Shown here: piece by piece, positions 59,994 through 64,000 of the stretch
Layout: each line of letters opens with the position of its first letter
Numbering within the stretch: position 1 is the first letter of the stretch
Assembly: GCF_003334815.1 (NCBI RefSeq)
Contig: NZ_QOWO01000001.1
Source of the DNA: Escherichia coli
GTDB lineage: Bacteria; Pseudomonadota; Gammaproteobacteria; Enterobacterales; Enterobacteriaceae
Length of the DNA: 64,000 bases
Strand: one strand, 5' to 3'
Notes under the pieces: model-generated
What the model was told of the DNA's origin: nothing
The model's database searches: none
What the model saw: only the letters and a program-made list of their open reading frames with translations
Position numbers and translations under genes: made by a program

Positions 59994-61151
59994 ATGACGA
60001 AACATGCCAGGTTTTTCCTCCTGCCCTCCTTTATTCTGATCTCCGCGGCTTTAATCGCCGGTTGTAACGATAAGGGAGAAGAGAAAGCTCACGTCGGTGA
60101 ACCGCAGGTTACCGTTCATATTGTAAAAACGGCCCCGTTAGAAGTTAAGACTGAATTACCAGGCCGCACCAATGCTTATCGTATAGCCGAAGTTCGCCCA
60201 CAGGTTAGCGGGATCGTACTGAATCGCAATTTCACTGAAGGCAGCGATGTGCAAGCAGGCCAGTCCCTGTACCAGATCGATCCCGCGACCTATCAGGCAA
60301 ATTATGACAGCGCGAAAGGCGAACTGGCGAAAAGTGAAGCCGCCGCCGCCATCGCGCATTTGACGGTAAAACGTTACGTTCCGCTCGTGGGTACGAAATA
60401 CATCAGCCAGCAGGAGTACGACCAGGCCATTGCTGATGCTCGTCAGGCCGATGCCGCCGTGATTGCCGCAAAAGCCACAGTCGAAAGCGCTCGCATCAAT
60501 CTTGCTTATACCAAAGTCACTGCGCCAATTAGCGGACGTATCGGCAAATCGACTGTGACCGAAGGCGCTCTTGTCACTAATGGGCAAACGACTGAACTGG
60601 CGACTGTCCAGCAGCTCGATCCTATCTACGTTGATGTGACCCAATCCAGCAACGATTTTATGAGGCTGAAGCAATCCGTAGAGCAAGGAAATTTGCATAA
60701 GGAAAACGCCACCAGCAACGTAGAGTTGGTCATGGAAAACGGTCAAACCTATCCCCTGAAAGGTACGCTGCAATTCTCCGATGTGACCGTTGATGAAAGC
60801 ACCGGCTCCATAACCCTACGTGCTGTCTTCCCTAACCCGCAACATACGCTTTTGCCGGGTATGTTTGTGCGTGCACGGATTGATGAAGGCGTCCAACCTG
60901 ACGCCATTCTTATCCCGCAACAAGGCGTTAGCCGCACACCGCGTGGTGATGCAACCGTGCTGATTGTTAACGATAAAAGTCAGGTTGAAGCGCGCCCTGT
61001 CGTTGCCAGTCAGGCGATTGGCGATAAATGGTTGATTAGTGAAGGACTGAAATCTGGCGATCAAGTCATTGTCAGCGGCCTGCAAAAAGCGCGTCCGGGA
61101 GAGCAGGTTAAAGCCACTACCGATACCCCCGCAGATACTGCATCGAAGTAA
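59994..61151 (+). CDS. acrE: Multidrug efflux membrane-fusion protein AcrE
   Basis: ORF track 385 aa; lipoprotein signal (LIAGC); recognised AcrE. Confidence 0.95.
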   Translation: MTKHARFFLLPSFILISAALIAGCNDKGEEKAHVGEPQVTVHIVKTAPLEVKTELPGRTNAYRIAEVRPQVSGIVLNRNFTEGSDVQAGQSLYQIDPATYQANYDSAKGELAKSEAAAAIAHLTVKRYVPLVGTKYISQQEYDQAIADARQADAAVIAAKATVESARINLAYTKVTAPISGRIGKSTVTEGALVTNGQTTELATVQQLDPIYVDVTQSSNDFMRLKQSVEQGNLHKENATSNVELVMENGQTYPLKGTLQFSDVTVDESTGSITLRAVFPNPQHTLLPGMFVRARIDEGVQPDAILIPQQGVSRTPRGDATVLIVNDKSQVEARPVVASQAIGDKWLISEGLKSGDQVIVSGLQKARPGEQVKATTDTPADTASK

Positions 61152-61162
61152 GGTAATCTGAC

Positions 61163-64000
61163 ATGGCAAACTTTTTTATTCGACGACCGATATTTGCATG
61201 GGTGCTGGCCATTATTCTGATGATGGCGGGCGCACTGGCGATCCTACAATTGCCCGTCGCTCAGTATCCAACAATTGCACCGCCTGCGGTTTCTGTTTCA
61301 GCAAACTATCCGGGCGCTGATGCGCAGACCGTGCAGGATACGGTGACGCAGGTTATCGAACAGAATATGAACGGTATCGATAACCTGATGTATATGTCCT
61401 CCACCAGCGATTCCGCCGGTAGCGTGACAATTACCCTTACCTTCCAGTCCGGGACCGATCCTGATATCGCGCAAGTGCAGGTGCAGAACAAACTCCAGCT
61501 CGCCACGCCGTTGCTGCCGCAGGAGGTTCAGCAGCAGGGGATCAGTGTTGAAAAGTCCAGTAGCAGCTATTTGATGGTGGCGGGCTTTGTCTCTGATAAC
61601 CCAGGCACCACACAGGACGATATCTCGGACTATGTGGCCTCTAACGTTAAAGATACGCTTAGCCGTCTGAATGGCGTCGGTGACGTACAGCTTTTCGGCG
61701 CACAGTATGCGATGCGTATCTGGCTGGATGCCGATCTGCTAAACAAATATAAACTGACACCGGTTGATGTGATTAACCAGTTGAAGGTACAGAACGATCA
61801 GATCGCTGCCGGACAGTTGGGCGGAACGCCAGCGTTACCAGGGCAACAATTGAACGCCTCGATTATTGCTCAGACGCGGTTTAAAAATCCGGAAGAATTC
61901 GGCAAAGTGACCCTGCGCGTAAACAGTGACGGCTCGGTGGTACGCCTGAAAGATGTCGCACGGGTTGAACTTGGCGGTGAAAACTATAACGTTATCGCTC
62001 GTATCAACGGAAAACCGGCGGCGGGCCTGGGGATTAAGCTGGCAACCGGCGCGAATGCTCTCGATACCGCGAAAGCCATTAAGGCAAAACTGGCGGAATT
62101 ACAGCCATTCTTCCCGCAGGGAATGAAGGTTCTCTACCCTTATGACACCACGCCATTCGTCCAGCTTTCTATTCACGAAGTGGTAAAAACGCTGTTCGAA
62201 GCCATTATGCTGGTGTTCCTGGTGATGTATCTGTTCTTGCAGAATATGCGAGCAACGCTGATCCCCACCATTGCGGTACCCGTGGTGTTGTTAGGGACGT
62301 TTGCCATCCTCGCCGCTTTTGGTTACTCCATCAACACACTAACGATGTTCGGGATGGTGCTTGCCATCGGGCTGCTCGTCGATGATGCGATAGTGGTGGT
62401 GGAGAACGTCGAGCGCGTGATGATGGAGGATAAGCTCCCGCCAAAAGAAGCGACGGAAAAATCGATGTCGCAAATTCAGGGCGCACTGGTGGGTATCGCG
62501 ATGGTGCTGTCAGCGGTATTTATTCCGATGGCATTCTTCGGCGGTTCTACTGGGGCAATTTATCGCCAGTTCTCTATCACCATCGTTTCGGCAATGGCGC
62601 TTTCTGTTCTGGTGGCATTGATTCTTACCCCTGCGTTATGTGCAACGCTGCTTAAACCCGTCTCTGCTGAGCATCACGAAAATAAGGGCGGTTTCTTCGG
62701 TTGGTTTAATACCACCTTCGATCATAGCGTTAACCACTACACCAACAGCGTCGGCAAAATCCTCGGATCCACAGGACGATATTTACTGATCTATGCGCTG
62801 ATTGTTGCAGGAATGGTGGTGTTGTTTTTACGTCTTCCGTCTTCCTTCTTACCTGAAGAGGATCAGGGTGTCTTTCTGACCATGATTCAGTTACCCGCTG
62901 GCGCGACGCAAGAGCGGACGCAAAAAGTGTTGGATCAAGTTACGGATTACTATCTGAAGAACGAGAAAGCGAACGTTGAAAGTGTCTTTACGGTTAACGG
63001 CTTTAGCTTCAGCGGCCAGGCACAAAACGCCGGTATGGCCTTCGTCAGTCTGAAACCGTGGGAAGAGCGTAATGGTGACGAAAACAGTGCGGAAGCGGTA
63101 ATCCATCGTGCCAAAATGGAATTGGGCAAGATCCGCGACGGTTTTGTCATTCCATTCAATATGCCAGCCATTGTTGAACTGGGCACGGCAACGGGTTTCG
63201 ACTTTGAGTTAATTGATCAGGCTGGGCTGGGTCACGATGCCCTAACCCAGGCCCGTAACCAGTTGCTTGGTATGGCGGCGCAACATCCTGCCAGCTTAGT
63301 CAGCGTGCGCCCTAATGGCCTGGAAGACACCGCGCAGTTTAAACTGGAAGTTGACCAGGAAAAGGCGCAGGCATTAGGTGTTTCACTTTCTGACATCAAT
63401 CAGACCATTTCAACGGCGCTGGGTGGGACTTACGTTAACGACTTCATCGACCGTGGTCGCGTGAAAAAGTTGTATGTTCAGGCGGATGCCAAATTCCGTA
63501 TGCTGCCAGAAGATGTCGATAAACTTTATGTCCGCAGCGCCAACGGCGAAATGGTGCCATTCTCGGCCTTTACCACTTCACATTGGGTGTATGGCTCTCC
63601 GCGACTGGAACGCTACAACGGTCTGCCGTCAATGGAGATTCAGGGGGAAGCCGCGCCAGGAACCAGTTCCGGCGATGCCATGGCGTTGATGGAAAACCTT
63701 GCGTCAAAATTACCTGCGGGCATTGGTTATGACTGGACGGGTATGTCGTATCAGGAACGCTTATCGGGAAACCAGGCTCCCGCTCTGGTAGCAATTTCCT
63801 TTGTGGTTGTTTTCCTGTGCCTTGCTGCACTCTATGAAAGCTGGTCAATTCCTGTCTCGGTTATGTTGGTAGTGCCGTTAGGGATTGTCGGCGTGCTGCT
63901 GGCGGCGACACTCTTTAATCAAAAAAATGACGTCTACTTTATGGTGGGCTTGCTAACGACAATTGGCTTGTCGGCCAAAAACGCTATTTTGATCGTTGAG
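61163..64000 (+). CDS. acrF: RND multidrug efflux transporter AcrF (5' part; continues beyond the window)
   Basis: Open frame from ATG at 61163 ([27 protein letters not shown]...) to the window end; not in the ORF track because no stop is reached. Confidence 0.93.
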   Translation, partial: MANFFIRRPIFAWVLAIILMMAGALAILQLPVAQYPTIAPPAVSVSANYPGADAQTVQDTVTQVIEQNMNGIDNLMYMSSTSDSAGSVTITLTFQSGTDPDIAQVQVQNKLQLATPLLPQEVQQQGISVEKSSSSYLMVAGFVSDNPGTTQDDISDYVASNVKDTLSRLNGVGDVQLFGAQYAMRIWLDADLLNKYKLTPVDVINQLKVQNDQIAAGQLGGTPALPGQQLNASIIAQTRFKNPEEFGKVTLRVNSDGSVVRLKDVARVELGGENYNVIARINGKPAAGLGIKLATGANALDTAKAIKAKLAELQPFFPQGMKVLYPYDTTPFVQLSIHEVVKTLFEAIMLVFLVMYLFLQNMRATLIPTIAVPVVLLGTFAILAAFGYSINTLTMFGMVLAIGLLVDDAIVVVENVERVMMEDKLPPKEATEKSMSQIQGALVGIAMVLSAVFIPMAFFGGSTGAIYRQFSITIVSAMALSVLVALILTPALCATLLKPVSAEHHENKGGFFGWFNTTFDHSVNHYTNSVGKILGSTGRYLLIYALIVAGMVVLFLRLPSSFLPEEDQGVFLTMIQLPAGATQERTQKVLDQVTDYYLKNEKANVESVFTVNGFSFSGQAQNAGMAFVSLKPWEERNGDENSAEAVIHRAKMELGKIRDGFVIPFNMPAIVELGTATGFDFELIDQAGLGHDALTQARNQLLGMAAQHPASLVSVRPNGLEDTAQFKLEVDQEKAQALGVSLSDINQTISTALGGTYVNDFIDRGRVKKLYVQADAKFRMLPEDVDKLYVRSANGEMVPFSAFTTSHWVYGSPRLERYNGLPSMEIQGEAAPGTSSGDAMALMENLASKLPAGIGYDWTGMSYQERLSGNQAPALVAISFVVVFLCLAALYESWSIPVSVMLVVPLGIVGVLLAATLFNQKNDVYFMVGLLTTIGLSAKNAILIVE

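Overview
This window is an Escherichia coli-type chromosomal segment, recognised from protein sequences I know (gene order yhcADEF, yhcG, nanQ-nanKETA-nanR, dcuD, sspBA, rpsI-rplM, zapE, zapG, degQ, degS, mdh, argR, yhcN, yhcO, aaeXAB/aaeR, tldD, yhdP, rng, yhdE, mreDCB, csrD, acuI, accBC, yhdT, panF, prmA, dusB-fis, yhdJ, yhdU, acrS, acrEF). No database search was run. The one clearly accessory region is a ~9.3 kb island between fis and yhdJ (about 48364-57693), all genes on the minus strand. It carries a P4-type tyrosine integrase, an AlpA-like regulator, a primase/replication protein, an iteron-type origin built from the octamer ATGACACC, several small unknown proteins, a ribbon-helix-helix protein and a TP901-type tail tape measure protein. 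It is flanked by a 10-bp direct repeat and supplies a replacement terminator for fis. I read it as a phage-satellite-like element (P4/PICI-like backbone) carrying a tail-length module but no capsid, terminase, baseplate or lysis genes; this is the main candidate for something new. Other observations include four palindromic units in and after yhcG, a three-copy REP/BIME array, and the known NanR operator and ARG boxes. No rRNA, tRNA or CRISPR array was seen by eye.
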